From assembly GCF_009914755.1 (NCBI RefSeq), contig NC_060934.1: a stretch of DNA of 64,000 nucleotides. The stretch is one strand, 5' to 3'. A program made the translations under genes and the position numbers. This DNA comes from the human T2T-CHM13v2.0 reference genome, Homo sapiens. The notes under the pieces are model-generated. The model was given only the letters and a program-made list of their open reading frames with translations, was not told where the DNA came from and searched no databases. Positions 21,733 to 46,243 of the stretch are shown piece by piece. Each line of letters starts with the position of its first letter. Position 1 is the stretch's first letter.

Positions 21733-22064
21733 TCACCAAGGTTAAAAGGAACATTTGCTAATATACATGGGGATGGCATTATTGCTCAATCTTTATTGAA
21801 CACCTACATGAAATGGGCAGTATTAAATGATATGAATAATTATGATTTCCATACATAACATGTTTCAGTCTGGGGCTTGAGTAGCAAAATTCATTTAAAT
21901 CCATGTAAAAATAAGCACAATGGAATCTTTTTAGATGGTTAATTAAGTTCATATGATGTTAAAAGATTTTGAATTAAACTGAAAGCAAGTCACTATTACT
22001 GTGATATTTAGTAAGAAAGCAGAAATCCAGGAGACTCATAAAAAGTGGAAAAAACAAAGGCCTA

Positions 22065-23270
<1,206 letters not shown>

Positions 23271-23272
23271 CT

Positions 23273-23622
<350 letters not shown>

Positions 23623-23904
23623 CTATTCTGGGTCTCGTCTGCATAAATCCCACAACATTTTAACATCAACTCTCTGTTGCCATTTGCCACTGTTTCCAGC
23701 CCTCCCCTTAACCACATATTATTTCCTCCGCTGGAATATCTTTTCCTGTCAATACCATCCCTCCAGCCTACCCAGCTTTCAAAATTCTCCCTTCACCTCC
23801 ATGAAACTTTTGTCAATTATCTGGCTCTTATTGATCTCTTCTAAGAACTTCCCAACAACAATTTATTGTGCCATAAAAGGGTTACAGGCAAATGGAGCTA
23901 CTGA

Positions 23905-24328
<424 letters not shown>

Positions 24329-25157
24329 CAATATCATCATTTTCTATGCAAGCCATGACATGAAAAATGAAGATGAGCTTACCAAGAGCACTATGCTGGC
24401 ACAAAGTCGATGCACAGTAAATACTGTCCGATTGATTGACATGATTTCCTTTAGGTTCTTTGTTGTCTTCCATAATCATTTCTGTTTTTAGCCATAATAG
24501 CCACTAGTAAATACTATCACTGTTTTTTTTCCTTTTTCCATTATTTAAAAATAAAACCTACACTCTACTTCACCTCGATCATTTCCTACTTCCTGAACAT
24601 TCCTGAAACTTTGTAACCAGCATCTCCACCTTCAGCTGTCCTCTGGAATGATCAGGAAGATTCACCAGCACCTCCATGGAGCACTGAGGGAGAGGCGAGT
24701 CTCTCACAGAATCAATTCACGTGGCTTTGATAGAAATGGGATACTCCACTGAGGGATGCTTAAGCAACCAGAGGTAGAGCCCTTGTCACAGGCTTCACCT
24801 GTGTCTCCGCCTTTGGCAGGGCTGGTGTCAGCAGTGCTGGCAGTCACACCATGGTTGGCAGGGACACTGCACATCATAGCCCCTGATAACTGCGTTCAGC
24901 TATTATGATGGTGACCATACGAGGCAGGCAGCACCACTTTTTGTAAATATCTCAAAAGCAAGGCTAAATAAGAAAAGGATACCTCAACAGCTAACCTTTA
25001 TATGCAGTTTCTTTTTTTTTTTTTTTTGAATGGCCTGCCACAGCTGCCCAGCTGCAGTGGCACCTATGGGGTTTCTATATGTGAGAGATCACACTTTACA
25101 TATGTTAATTCATTTTAAATCTCACAATCATAATAGAGAAGTATTATTGTTATCATC

Positions 25158-25435
25158 CTTTTTTTTTTTTGAGACAGTCTCGCTTTGTCACAGACACCAT
25201 CGTCGGTACACTGCAACCTCCACCTCCCATGCTCAAGCGATTCTCCTGCCTCAGCCTCCCAAGTAGCTGGGATTACAGGTGTGTGCCACCATGCCTGGCT
25301 AATTTTTGTATTTTTAGTAGAGACGGGGTTTTGCCATGTTGGCCAGGCTGGTCTTGAACTTCTGGCCTCTAGTGATCTGCCAGCCTAGGCTTCCCAAAGT
25401 ATTGGCATTACAGAAGTGAGCCACTGCACCCAGCC
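25158..25435 (-). mobile_element. Alu
   Basis: Dimer inside a MIR. Confidence 0.88.
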
Positions 25436-25439
25436 TCGT

Positions 25440-25580
25440 CCCTATTTTCAAGTAGGAAAACTAAGGGACAGAAAGATTAAACTCCTTGCCCAAGGTCACT
25501 TAGCTGGTAAATGGCAGAGCTGGAATCCATACGCAGGTACTCCAGGCTCTGAAGTCCATGCAGGGAGCTCTGTACTATGC
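25440..25580 (-). mobile_element. MIR fragment
   Basis: ggaaaactaaggg...cttgcccaaggtcacttagctggtaaatggcagagctgg. Confidence 0.7.
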
Positions 25581-25676
25581 TAGCTCTCTTTACCAGGTAC
25601 TGGTGGCATAGTTGCCCCTTCAGCCTTAGTTATGCAAAGAGACATCATCATCATAGAGGCTCAAAGGTGTACAGGA

Positions 25677-26075
<399 letters not shown>

Positions 26076-26230
26076 GGTGCACAGGAGGAAACTGTCAGAA
26101 GAATTAAGGTGAGGATCCCATTCACTCATGAAAATATTTCATGCCAATAAAAAATGTTTCCTCTAGGTAGCCACAGTCGCCAAGCCTTGGTGAGCAGATG
26201 GTATTCGCATGTCAATTAAGAAAAAGTATT

Positions 26231-26673
<443 letters not shown>

Positions 26674-27446
26674 TTAAGGACAGGTGAGAGACAACACAAA
26701 TATCAATAGCTCAATGTTCTCTCTTATATAATGATATCTACAGATTATGTTAAAGATCTGGATGACTTAAAATGACATTATGTGTATGTAATCTGTATCT
26801 TGCTTGCCCCATCAACCTATGCAGTCAAAAAGAGGTCAGAGTTAATTTTGGTGCCCAAATGGCCATGACTCACGATGTACCCTTCAGTTCCTACCTGCTG
26901 CTCAAACCTAACTCATCTGCCCCGATACAAGTTTCTGGAAGGCCCCTAAGGGGAGCATCGCGTGTGCCTACAGCCAAGATAGTAGTTCTAGGCTCCGGCT
27001 TTCCCACATCATGGGCTTCTCCTAACCACAGAAGCTCTGCCAAGGTTTTTTAGAAGCCACCAAAGCTACCAGTCCTCAGAGTACCAAGGGAACCCTGGGA
27101 GCAGTACAGAGGGAAGGAAACTGACCCCCTCCCCAATTTTGTGCCACATCTTCTCACCTGAGCCCCAAAAACAGATCTGTCTACATCTAGAATCTCTCAA
27201 AATCTCGAAAAAAAAGTTTTTACCTCATATGCAGAATTCTACCACACCTTCCTGTCAGTTTCTTATCTTTACCTCTTCAACTAGAGGGAGTCAAATTCAA
27301 TCCAAGGGGCTGAACAGGAAGACAGACACGATCACCATTGTCTCCATTCATTCATTAATTTACGTATGCACTCATCCATTCAATCAGCATTGATTGAGGC
27401 CAACTTCTGTGCTTGACACTGAGGATAAAACATTAAATAAGGGGAG

Positions 27447-27612
27447 ATGAAGAGCTTTAGGAAAAATAGCTAATGCATGCTGGGCTTAATAGCTAGGTGA
27501 CGGGTTGATAGGTGCAGCAAACCACCACAGGACACATTTACCTATGTAACAAACCTGCACATCCTGCACATTTACCCTGGAACTTAAAATAAAAATAGAA
27601 TTTAAAAAAAAA
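27447..27612 (+). mobile_element. 5'-truncated L1PA 3' end with TSD
   Basis: ggtgcagcaaaccaccac...cctatgtaacaaacctgcac...polyA; TSD aaaaca(t/c)taaataag. Confidence 0.88.
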
Positions 27613-27621
27613 AAAACACTA

Positions 27622-27936
<315 letters not shown>

Positions 27937-28274
27937 TCACTAATATCACAGAGCTTACATTATAGTGTGGGGAAGCAGAAAACAATCAAACCAACAAATT
28001 AATTAACAAGAAGCTATTAGCTAGTGATAATTGCTATGATAACAAAATAAGGTTTCAAACAAAGATTGAAAAAATCTAAAAAAAATTTTAATAAAATAAG
28101 GTGAGGTGATAGGGAGAGACAATATTTTTCAATACTGCAAGACCCAGCAGCCTCTATTCATAACACATATTTTATTTTGTTATTAATTAGTTATTGATAA
28201 AAATTGTATGTATTTATCTCACAACAAGTTGTTTTGAAATATATATACATTGGGGAGTGGCTAAGTCGAACTAA

Positions 28275-29105
<831 letters not shown>

Positions 29106-29242
29106 AATTCTAGTCACCATGTTATATAATAGAGCTCTTGAACTTATTCTTCTACCTAACTGAAATTTTGTATCCACCATCTCCCCAGCCACTCCCACAC
29201 ACCCCCACCCCATCCCTGGTAACCACCATTCTACTCTCTACT

Positions 29243-29850
29243 CAGTATTTTTCAACTCTGTCAGACCCAATAGCCTTTATTAATAACATATTTTATAACA
29301 GAGTTTGTGATTCTAAAATGAAATTCATAGATGATACAGTCTACATACACACATGGTTTAAAATATATAAGTATACATATATTAGGAATACTGTATATAT
29401 GTTCCTAACTATAATAAAGAGAAATAAGAGGACATATTTATAATAAAGGATGCATTTCAGTATGTAAATGATTGGGCATGACTATACTTGAAGACATAAT
29501 GAGATTGTCAGATGTTTGCTTCCAAACAGTGAGTCACTGTGAATGTAATAGCCTCAAACGTCCACTGATTATAGGAGTGTTACGAAGGACTCAAATATTA
29601 TCAGCAGCATTACCCCTGATGACTTGATTTATCTAAAAAAGGAACAATTCTAGGTAATGTTTCAAACAAAACAAAGGATTATCTTTCATCAATTTACATG
29701 ATAATTGCATTTCCAAAAATTTCAGTGTCTGTTATAACTAAGCAAAAAATACTTAGCCATTAGATTTCTATGGTTCTATGGAGTGGGTTCTTGGTACAGG
29801 TTTTTCCCTACACGGCTGTCCAGAGGAACAGTCAAAGTCATGTAGTACTG
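29243..29850. mobile_element. Old DNA-transposon-like (probably hAT-Charlie) fragment
   Basis: Starts cagtatttttcaactctg, AT-rich; family not pinned down. Confidence 0.4.
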
Positions 29851-30077
29851 TCGGGTATGGTGGTATGTACCTGTAGTCACAGCTAGTTAGGAGGCTAAGG
29901 GGCGAGGACCACTTGAGCCCAGAAGCTTGAGGCTACAGTGCACTACAATCCTGCCTGTGAATATTCACTGCACTCCAGCCTGGGCAACATGGTGAGACCC
30001 TGTCTCTTTTAAAAAGAGAGAGAGAGAGAAAGAGAGAGAGTAGGGTAGCTGCACTCTTACAAAAAAAAAGGTATGTA

Positions 30078-30570
<493 letters not shown>

Positions 30571-30574
30571 AATA

Positions 30575-31385
30575 AGCGATTAGGGAAGGGCTTGCTAAGG
30601 AGCTATCCTCTGAGCCAAGAACTGAATAACCAAAAGGAATGAGCCATGGGGAAAGAGCATTCCAGGCAAAAGAAACACCTGGTTCAGAGTCACTATAGTG
30701 ACACCTCAAGCCTGGAGGGTTCTAGGAGCAGGAAGACTGCTGGGACTAGAATGTGTTTAGTAAGGAGTGTAATGGAGGATTGCTTTGGAAAGGTGAGCCA
30801 AGGTCAAACCACAGAGGGCCTCACAGGCCAAAGTAAAGAGTTGAACTTTCTTATTAGTGTGATGAGAAAGGAGGGTTGTTGAGGAGGGTTATTAAGCAAG
30901 GAAAGGTCATTATTTAATTTGGTTCATTGCTGTGACTGTGGAGAATGACTGCACTGTGAGAGGAGAGGCAGGGAGACCAGCTGGGAGGCTGTTTGCAGGT
31001 GTTCAGGAAAAATGATGGTGGATTGGCCTAGGGTTATTAGCAGCAAGGATGGAGAGAAATGGATGGCTAGAAGAATAGGTGTGGGAGAAGAGCCAATGGG
31101 ACTTGGTAATGAATTGGAATTAAAGGGAGTAAAAGAGCAATTAATCAAGGATGACCACTGGTGGTTTTGACATGAGCAACTGAGTGGTTTTGGCACCATT
31201 TCCTACGTTGGTAAATCTGAGGAAGGAATAGTTGTTCATTAATTTGCTTTAGTGGGTGTCAAGAGTTCTATTTTGGACACATTCCATTTGAGATGTCTAT
31301 TAGAGATCCAATACTCAAATAGGCAAATAGGCTGCCTGGAGTTCAAAGGTAAAGAAAGGCTGGGTTAAAACCTGATATTTAAAGC
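30575..31385 (-). mobile_element. L2 fragment
   Basis: gcattccaggcaaaagaaac...gagttctattttggacac. Confidence 0.65.
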
Positions 31386-31398
31386 CAGCCTGCATATA

Positions 31399-31992
31399 CA
31401 GTTGACCCCTGAACGACACAGGTTTGAACTGCATGAGTCCACTTACGATGGATTTTATTCCAACTCTGCCACCCTGAGACAGCAAGACCAACCCCTCCTC
31501 TTCCAAGACAATGAGGATGAAGACCTTTATGATGATCCTCTTAATAAATAGTAAATATATTTTCTCTGCCTTATGATTGTCTTAATAACATTTTGTTCTC
31601 TCTAGCTTATTCTATTGTAAGAATACAGTTATATAACACACGTAGCATACAAAATATGTGTTTATCAATGTTATGTTATAGGTAAGCCTTCTGGTTAACA
31701 ATGGGCTATTAGTAGTTAAGTTTTGGAAGAGTCAAAAGTTATATGTGGTTGGGTGCAGTGGGTTGGGCCTGTAATCCCAGCTACTGTGAAGGCTGAGGTG
31801 GGAGAATTCCTTGAGCCCAGGCGTTAGAGGCTGCAGTGAGCTATGATTTCACCACTGCACTCCATCCTGAGAGACAGAGCAAGACCCCATCTGTAAGGAA
31901 AACAAGTTATTTGCAGATCTGCAACTGAGTGAAGTTGGCACCCCAAGTCCCTATCCCGTACTCCCAACCTCCTGTTGTTCAAGAGTCAACTG
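31399..31992. mobile_element. Tigger2a-like TcMar DNA transposon with an Alu monomer inside
   Basis: TIRs cagttgacccctgaac / gttcaagagtcaactg, flanked by TA. Confidence 0.85.
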
Positions 31993-32265
31993 TAGCTGGT
32001 ATTTAAAGTCACAGGCTGAGGAAACAGCATTTGGCCGGGTGCAGTGGCTCACGCCTGTAATCCCAACACTGTGGGAGGCCGAGGCAGGAGGATTGCTTGA
32101 GCTCAGGAGTTCAAGACCAGCCTGGGCAACATAGCAAGACCCCCATCTCTCTTAAAAAATAATAATTAATTAAAGTCACAGAGAGTGACAAGGGAGAAAG
32201 TGTGTCTGGGGCAGAGGAGGGTCCCCAGCAAAGAGCCCAGGGGCACAACACCTGGTAGAAATTGA

Positions 32266-32607
<342 letters not shown>

Positions 32608-32817
32608 TAAAAGATGCAAAGTTATTAAAATAAAATTAGGTTCAGAGTAAACACTTACTTAGAATGAGAAAAAACATCACCACATAATAAGTTTTTTTTA
32701 CATGTTTTGGCTTCATATGGCTATATCTTTGCAATGTAATTGTTTATGGTATGAATAGAATGATAATTTAATCTTTCCTCTAGCATTGTTGATTGTTTGG
32801 TTTTGAAATAATTATGA

Positions 32818-33161
<344 letters not shown>

Positions 33162-33782
33162 TCATCATTTGTAGTGTCATGTATATTTTTAGGAATGATG
33201 TCAAGTTTGGAAAACATCTATCAAGTTTATTTTACAATCTGTAAGTTATTTGGGATTTTAAGTTATCTTTTGTAGTAACTGTCTTAACTGCTTTTTGAAT
33301 TTACAACACTCACTAACCAATTGTCATTGATGTCCTTGTATCGTGTCATATTAGATGTTATGTTAGCTTCATCAGAGTCAGTTTTTCATGTAAATTAGCA
33401 AGAAATTTAAATCTTTTTCCAATGTGTTTATTTGCCTCTACTAGTGAGATTTTCAAAAAAATCTGTAAGTTCATTCATTACATCTACTGAAAATATTTTT
33501 CTTCTTTTTAACGTGCTACTGCTTTGGGTTTAATCTGCAAATTTTTTATGATTTGCTTCTCAATATCAGAAAAATTTTTCTATCACTTTTGTTTCCAATT
33601 TATCTTTTATTCTGAATTTTTTCTATATTATTAATATTTAACTTATGTTAATTTTAAATGATATAAGAAAATATCCTTTATATAAGTCCAAATCAGATGT
33701 CTGTAATTTCTCACTTATTTTATTAAAATATTGCAAAACATTTTCCAAATGGCAATTAAAAGTGCACATTCTAGTTTCATAA

Positions 33783-34104
<322 letters not shown>

Positions 34105-34146
34105 CATTAACATTTTAAATAAACTCTTTGCATCAGGTTGTGTTAG

Positions 34147-34497
<351 letters not shown>

Positions 34498-34792
34498 TGA
34501 AAAATGTTTTAGAATCCTTAAAACGTTGTATTCATCTTGCAAAGCTTAGAACATCTATGGCAATCTCCTTACACTTAGACTTACTACAGAAAAATCCAAG
34601 TTGGCATGTTTATTTAAGATATTCCACATATGTTGAGTGTCAGGATGGTATTGCAACATAAAATGAAATAAAATATTCCATATATAAAGAACTCAAGAGG
34701 GAAAATATAACCTGCAAAATGTGGAAGTCACCAACAGCTTTAGTTATTCTCAGAGCAGCTTTTTCTCCATCAAAATGCTTTTAATTCCTCAT

Positions 34793-35139
<347 letters not shown>

Positions 35140-35270
35140 TAATAGTACAACAGATCATGAATACTGTTCAATGGAAGCTTGCAATTGCCGAATAAAGTCA
35201 CAAATAAATAGATTTCAATTAACCAAAGTTAAAAATGGCTCATGAGTGCTTCTATTAATAATGTAGAATA

Positions 35271-35591
<321 letters not shown>

Positions 35592-37146
35592 TTAACCTTT
35601 CATAAGTTTTTAGATGTTACATTTGTTCTTTTATATTGACTTTTTTCCAAGTCACAATGCAAAAATAGAATAGAATCCAGAAATTAGTTCAATGATCCCT
35701 ATGAAAGTACCTTTGTGTGAAGAACACTATATTTTTACTATGACCTCTGAAGCAACTTTTATTTTAAAATTTAATAACTACAGCTACTCTTTGTAGCATT
35801 ATGTTTTATTTTTCAAGAAATTAGTCTAGTGCATTTTTATTTGATTTACATGTATTCTAAGTAAACATGGCCTCCTAATTTTTCTGTGGAATGTACTTGA
35901 CTTTTGAAACTTCTTAATTTATTTATCCAGCCCCAAAACCCATCTGTTGTAATGTCTGCCCTGTTGAAAACAGTTTACTAACAAAATGATAAATGCAACC
36001 TTCAGTCTTAGAATAGGCTAAGCAGGTTATACCAGTTTGACCATTTTTAAACATTCTAAACAGATATGTCTTTGAGAAACATGTTTTTTCATGAGCTGCT
36101 CTGTTTGCTCCTCTGTAAATATTAATAGATCAAAAATTTGAAAAAGCAAACTTTTCTATTATTCAGTGCTGAATAAAATTATTGCTCATCATAATGGACC
36201 ACAATGAAAGATCATGGCAATTATCAAAATCAGTGAATTCTCAGATGAGAACACATTAAAAAAAAAAAATCAATGAATTCACCAAACTGAAGCGCCTGCT
36301 GACCTTCTTGTGTGTTCTGTTGACTACACAAAATTTGTTTTTTCTTTATTATTACTTTCATCTTCCTTATTCCATTTTCTATTTCCTGTTTGGGTATCTT
36401 GATTATCATAGTCATTCTTATTTTCTCTTTTGGCTATCAAGAATATTTTTCTAATCCCAGTCAGGTATGGCGGCACCCCTCTGTAGTCCTAGCTACTCAA
36501 GAGGCTAGGCAGGAGGATCCCTTAAGCCCAGGAGTTTGAGGCTGCAGTGAGCTATGATTTCACCACTGCACCCAAGCCTGGGTGATGGAGTGAGACCCTG
36601 TCAAAAAAAAATTTTTTTTTCTAATCTTGATTGCAACTAACAGAGCTTTTAGTTTCTGTTGTAATAGTATTACAGCAACTTTAAAGTATTTTAAAGCTTC
36701 TGTCTTCTTTCTTGATTTCCACAAAGATGCCTTCTCCTCATCATAGTTGAACAGTGAAATGATCATCAGTACAAAAAAAAACTAAAACTAAGACATATAC
36801 AAAAGTAATTCAAATGTGTTTCAAATTGCTACTACATTGCATAGAACAATTGTGCAGTCAAATTCCTTATATATTGCATACATCGACTTACTGATGAAGA
36901 AGTGCAGGAGTTCTGTGTCTGGATTCTTCAGACCACTTCACTTTCTGATGCCAGTTTTTGTGCTATTTCATCTAGAACCGGGAGATTTTGAAGAACAAGA
37001 TGTGACAAATATACTAAAATGCAATCCAGCCAGGCACGGCAGCTCATACCTGCAATCCCAACACTGGGAGGCCAAGGCCGGAGGATGCTTGAGTCCAGGA
37101 GTTCAAAACCAACCTAGGCAACATAGTGAGAATTCACCTTTATTAA

Positions 37147-37676
37147 TGTTAGATATGAGTTCTAAGTTTCTTTTCAAAGAATCAATATGTCAGTAGGTCC
37201 AATTCTTTGCCTTCTACTTTTAAACTTAACTTCCTCATAAAGCAACTTTTTCGATTACCTGCTCCACCCTGACTCATTTCAATCACCTGCTCCACCCTGA
37301 CTCATTCCGATTACCTTATCCACCCCGACTCATTCCGATTACCTGCTACCTGCTCCGCCCTGACTCATTCTCCACCCTGCATAACCATTTTTCCTGCCAA
37401 ACCACTCACCCAGTCACTTTCTTTAAATTAGCCAATCGGAATTAGTTTAGCCTGTGTGATCTTAACCCTAGCCAATAGCGGAACGACACAGCAGCAGGGG
37501 CCACGTGTGTCAGAGATAAGGATCCCCTTCCCCTCCCTTGTCCAAGTGTGCACTCACCACTGCTCCATCTGTAAGGGCGCACCCTTCTATAGAAGTAACT
37601 TGCCTTGCTGAAAATTAAAAAGAAAATTTTTTTTCGAGTGCTATTTCTTTTGTGCACCGAAATTTTATTTACAACA
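37147..37676 (+). mobile_element. Solo LTR10 (LTR10A/F-like, HERV-I/ERV1) with internal 28-bp AP-1 tandem repeats
   Basis: TG...CA ends (tgttagatatgagttc...tttacaaca), TTAA TSD, CCAAT boxes and ATTAAA; repeats of gattacctgctccaccctgactcatt. Confidence 0.88.
37252..37380 (+). promoter_or_regulatory. AP-1 motif array inside LTR10
   Basis: TGACTCA at 37270, 37298 and 37361; variant CGACTCA at 37326. Confidence 0.7.
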
Positions 37677-37715
37677 TTAAGGAAAAAAGTAATAATAAAT
37701 AAAAAATAAATTTTA

Positions 37716-38068
<353 letters not shown>

Positions 38069-38150
38069 ACCCATGACTTCATACATGTGTATACTCATTG
38101 TAGTACTCTTCAGGTTTCTGCCCTAGAAACAGGAATTCTGACAAATTTTA

Positions 38151-38501
<351 letters not shown>

Positions 38502-38651
38502 GTATATTCCTAACAGAAGAGGATTTCTAATTTAATATGCTGTCAGTGAGAATCTAATTCCTCTGCTTACAAGTTTATATGCTTCAAATTAGAAGAAATT
38601 TTTACAGATTAGCTTCTGGTTCTACGTGTTTCAAACACTGTTTTTCCCCAA

Positions 38652-38944
38652 TTTTGTTTTGCTTTGAAACAGTCTTGCTCTGTCACCCAGGCTGGTGTTC
38701 AGTGGCGTGACTCAGCTCACTGCAACCTCTGCCTCTTGGTTTTAAGCGATTCTCATGCCTCAGCCTCCTGAGTAACTGGGACTACAGACATGTGACACCA
38801 TGACCAGCTAATTTTTTGTATTTTTTGTAGAGACAGGGTTTCGCCATGTTGGCCAGGCTGGTCTCAAACTCCTGGGCTCAAGTGATCTACCCGTCTCAGC
38901 CTCCCAAAGTGCTAGGATTACAGTCGTGAGCCACCTTGCTGGGC
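38652..38944 (-). mobile_element. Alu
   Basis: Dimer, TSD ccccaatttt. Confidence 0.9.
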
Positions 38945-39516
38945 CCCCAATTTTATGTACTTACAGAGCAGAATGCCATAGAAATTGTTGATGTTATCAT
39001 ATGACATCAAGCCTTGCACCTTCATGTCACAACCCTGGGTGAGATGGTGCAGAGGTAGAAAGAATATTCCTGGAACTCCTTCTATATGGTATGACCACAC
39101 TGGTATGACCAAATCCAAACTAAATGTTTGTAACTCAACTTTCCTGAGCTGGATCCCAAAATGCAGAAAGAATGTGATCAAGAAGAGGTCAGAGTGAAAA
39201 GAGACAGTGGTCTTGACTGACTGTGGTAAAAATAGTTTGCAAATTATACAGAATTACATGACCTTGTGAACTCATGGCTAGAATTCCTTGTAGGTCCTTG
39301 GAAAGAGCAGGTGGCAGTGAAAAGCCCTGTGTCCTATGCTTCATTCTCTTCACAGAAAATTATTCTCCACAAGGCAATAAAGTGTTTTAAGAGGAAGATA
39401 GGGTTTGCCGCATCAAATGCTGCCAAGAAGTATAATAGGATAAGGACTGGCACGCAGTCCAGTCCTTTGGACTTGGCAATGGAAGGTCTTTAGTGACCTT
39501 GAAAATAGTGATTCTA

Positions 39517-39870
<354 letters not shown>

Positions 39871-40139
39871 TTAGGAAGATAAGACAATGGCAACATGCAA
39901 AAACTTCTGTTTGGCTATGGTCTTTCTGTACTGATATAGAAAGATTTCCAAGATACATTGTCTAGTGAAAGGTAGAGAATAGTGTGTACACTATACATCT
40001 CTTGCGGTATGGATTGATATGTGTATCTCTCAAAGTCCACAGAAGATGCCTCCAGCGAGGGAAATTGGCCTTTGGAATTTTTGAAGCATGCAAATGTATT
40101 ACCTATTCAAAACATAATTTTTAGCCAGGCATAGTGGCT

Positions 40140-41879
<1,740 letters not shown>

Positions 41880-42068
41880 TACACTTACTGTTGATATGTA
41901 CTGAGAACTATGGTAGGACATTCACATGTGCTACTTCACTAATTTATTTATTATTCAAAAATATTAATTGAGTGCCTGTAATGTATGTGGCATAAGAAAT
42001 ACATTTGGTCTTTGTCTCAGGTTCCTATGACAGAGTTCCTAAAACCCTTGGAATTTCCTGAGTAATAG

Positions 42069-42761
42069 TGAAACTGCCTTTGCAAAACTATGACTGAGAC
42101 AGTGAAAGAGATCTAATGTAATCGACTCAAACTTGCTTCTACCCCCCAAGCTGTCCTTGTTCATTCCTGGGCATAGGCTGAACTAACTTTGGGAGAAACT
42201 CAGTTTATTGTTTGTAATTTAAAACAAAGACAATAACAGCACTTTCCCAAAGCAGACCTCCTTCTTGCCTGGGGACTAGATGGCCTTTGCAGGACTAATA
42301 TTAGCCACAAGATTAGGAATTATGGTTCAGGAGTCATGCAGCTGAAGGCTACAAGACTCTGACGCTCCCTAAACTGCTCCTAAGATCAGTGCTTGAGATA
42401 TTTTGCAGACCCCGCACTTGATGGATCAGCTGGCACCACCCAGATGGACAAACTGGCTCATCTGATCTTGTGGCCCCCACCCAGGAACTGACTCAGTGCA
42501 AGAAGACAGCTTCCACTCCCTATGATTTCATCCCTGACCAATCAGCACTCCTGGCTCACTGGCTTCCCCGCACCCACCAACTTGTCCTTAAAAACTCTGA
42601 TCCCTGAATGCTCAGAGAGACTGCTTTGAGTAACAATAAAACTCTGGTCTTCCGCACAGCCAGCTCTGCGTGAATTACTCTTTGTCTATTGCAATTCCCG
42701 TCTTGATGAATCGGCTCTGTTTAGGCAGCTGGCAAGGTGAACAACCCCTTGCGTGGTTACA
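42069..42761 (+). mobile_element. Complete solo LTR8 (ERV1)
   Basis: tgaaactgcctttgcaaaactatgactgagacagtg...ggttaca, 693 bp, AATAAA, TSD atag/ctag. Confidence 0.88.
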
Positions 42762-42844
42762 CTAGGAGGGTGTCTCTGCATCCCTCCCCGTATCATACCC
42801 TATGCATCTTTTCATCTTGCTGTTCATCTGTATCCTTTATCTAT

Positions 42845-43144
42845 TTTTTCTTTTTTTTTTTGAGACAGAGTCTCACGCTGTTGCCCAGGCTGGAGTGCAG
42901 TGGTGTTATCTTGGCTCATTGCAACCTCTGCCTCCAGGGTTCTAGTGATTCTCCTGCCTCAGACTCCTGAGTAGCTGGGATTACAGGTGTGTGCCATCAC
43001 CCCCAGCTAATTTTTGTATTTTTAGTAGAGACGGGGTTTTACCATGTTGGCTGGGCTGATCTCAAACTCCTGGCCTCAAGAGATCCGCCTGCCTCGACCT
43101 CCCAAAGTCTGGGATTACAAGCATGAGCCACTGCACCCAGACCT
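42845..43144 (-). mobile_element. Alu
   Basis: Dimer, TSD ct(g/a)tatcctttat. Confidence 0.92.
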
Positions 43145-43657
43145 ATATCCTTTATAATATAGACCATTAAACCAAATCCTGGGGAAGGAGGGTTGTGGGA
43201 ATTCAATTTGTAATCAGTCAGCAAGAAACACAGGTCAAAACCTGGGACTTGGGACTGGAGCCTGAAGCAGGGCAGCCTTTTGGGACTGAACCCTTAACCT
43301 GTGGGATCTGACCCAATCTCCAGGTAGGCAGCGTCAGAATGGAATTGAATTATAGGACACCCAGTTGGCATCTGCTGGAGAATTGCTTGGTGTGTGGTGA
43401 AAAACCCACACATCTCTTCACAGAAGTGTTTTGTGTTGGGTGTGAGTAGAGAGAAAGACAGTTTGTTTTTTTCTTTACAATGTGCTGGCTACTACGCAGG
43501 TGCTGGGTTATGGTGGTGAAGAAGCTAGACAAATTCCTGCTCTTGGACAGCTTCCAGTCTAAAAGGAGGACATAAAGGACAAAACAGATAACTACAATAT
43601 CATGTGGTAAAGGTTCTAAGGCACACTATGGAAGACAGAGGAAAGATTATGTATTAC

Positions 43658-43938
<281 letters not shown>

Positions 43939-44137
43939 GATTGTGTGTTAGTGTGCAAAGGCAACCATAACAAAATAACACAGACTGGGTGGCTTAAGGC
44001 ACAAAGTTTTATTTTCTCACAGTTCTAAAGGCTGAAAGTTGGAGACCAGGTGCTGGCAAGCCTGGTTTCTCCTGAGGTCTTTCTTTTTGCCTTGCAGACA
44101 GCTGCTTTCTTGCTGTCTCCTCACATGGCCTTCTCTG

Positions 44138-45200
<1,063 letters not shown>

Positions 45201-45234
45201 TCTGTGCAGACATACCCCTGGTGTCTCTGACTCT

Positions 45235-45530
45235 TTTTGTTGTTGTTGTTGTTGTTGAGACAGGGTCTTACTCTGTCTCCCAAGCTGGAGTACAGTGGTG
45301 TGATCTCACACCACTCTACAACCTCTGCCTCCCGGGTTCAAGCAATTCTCCTACCTCAGCCTCCTGAGTAGCTAGGATTACAAGCACCCGCCACCGCATC
45401 TGGCTAATTTTTGTATTTTTAGTAGAGACGGGGTTTCACCATGTTGGTCAGGCTGGTCTTGAACTCCTGACCTCAGGTGATCCACTGAAGAGGGAGTGCT
45501 GGGATTACAGGATTGAGCCACCTTGTCTAG
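45235..45530 (-). mobile_element. Alu
   Basis: Dimer. Confidence 0.88.
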
Positions 45531-45727
45531 TCTCTCTACCTCTTCTTACAATTATACCACTTCTATCAGATTAGGGCCCACCCTGACGACCTTACTTAAA
45601 CTTAATTATCTCCTTAAAAGCCCTGTCTCCAAATATAATCATATTAGTTGTTAAGACTTCAACCTATGAATTTTGGGAGAACATAATTCAATCCATTAAC
45701 AGGTTAGGTTTCCAGAAAGAAATCTCA

Positions 45728-46227
<500 letters not shown>

Positions 46228-46243
46228 AAAGAGTGGGGAAAAG

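Larger units (their letters stand above)
41986..43479 (+). mobile_element. MER21-type LTR hosting LTR8 and an Alu
   Basis: tgtggcataagaaatacatttggtctttgtc...ttctttaca; flanks atgta/atgtg. Confidence 0.7.

Noticed and set aside
37252-37380. 28-bp repeats as a CRISPR-like array
   Set aside because: Eukaryotic LTR-internal tandem units without unique spacers.
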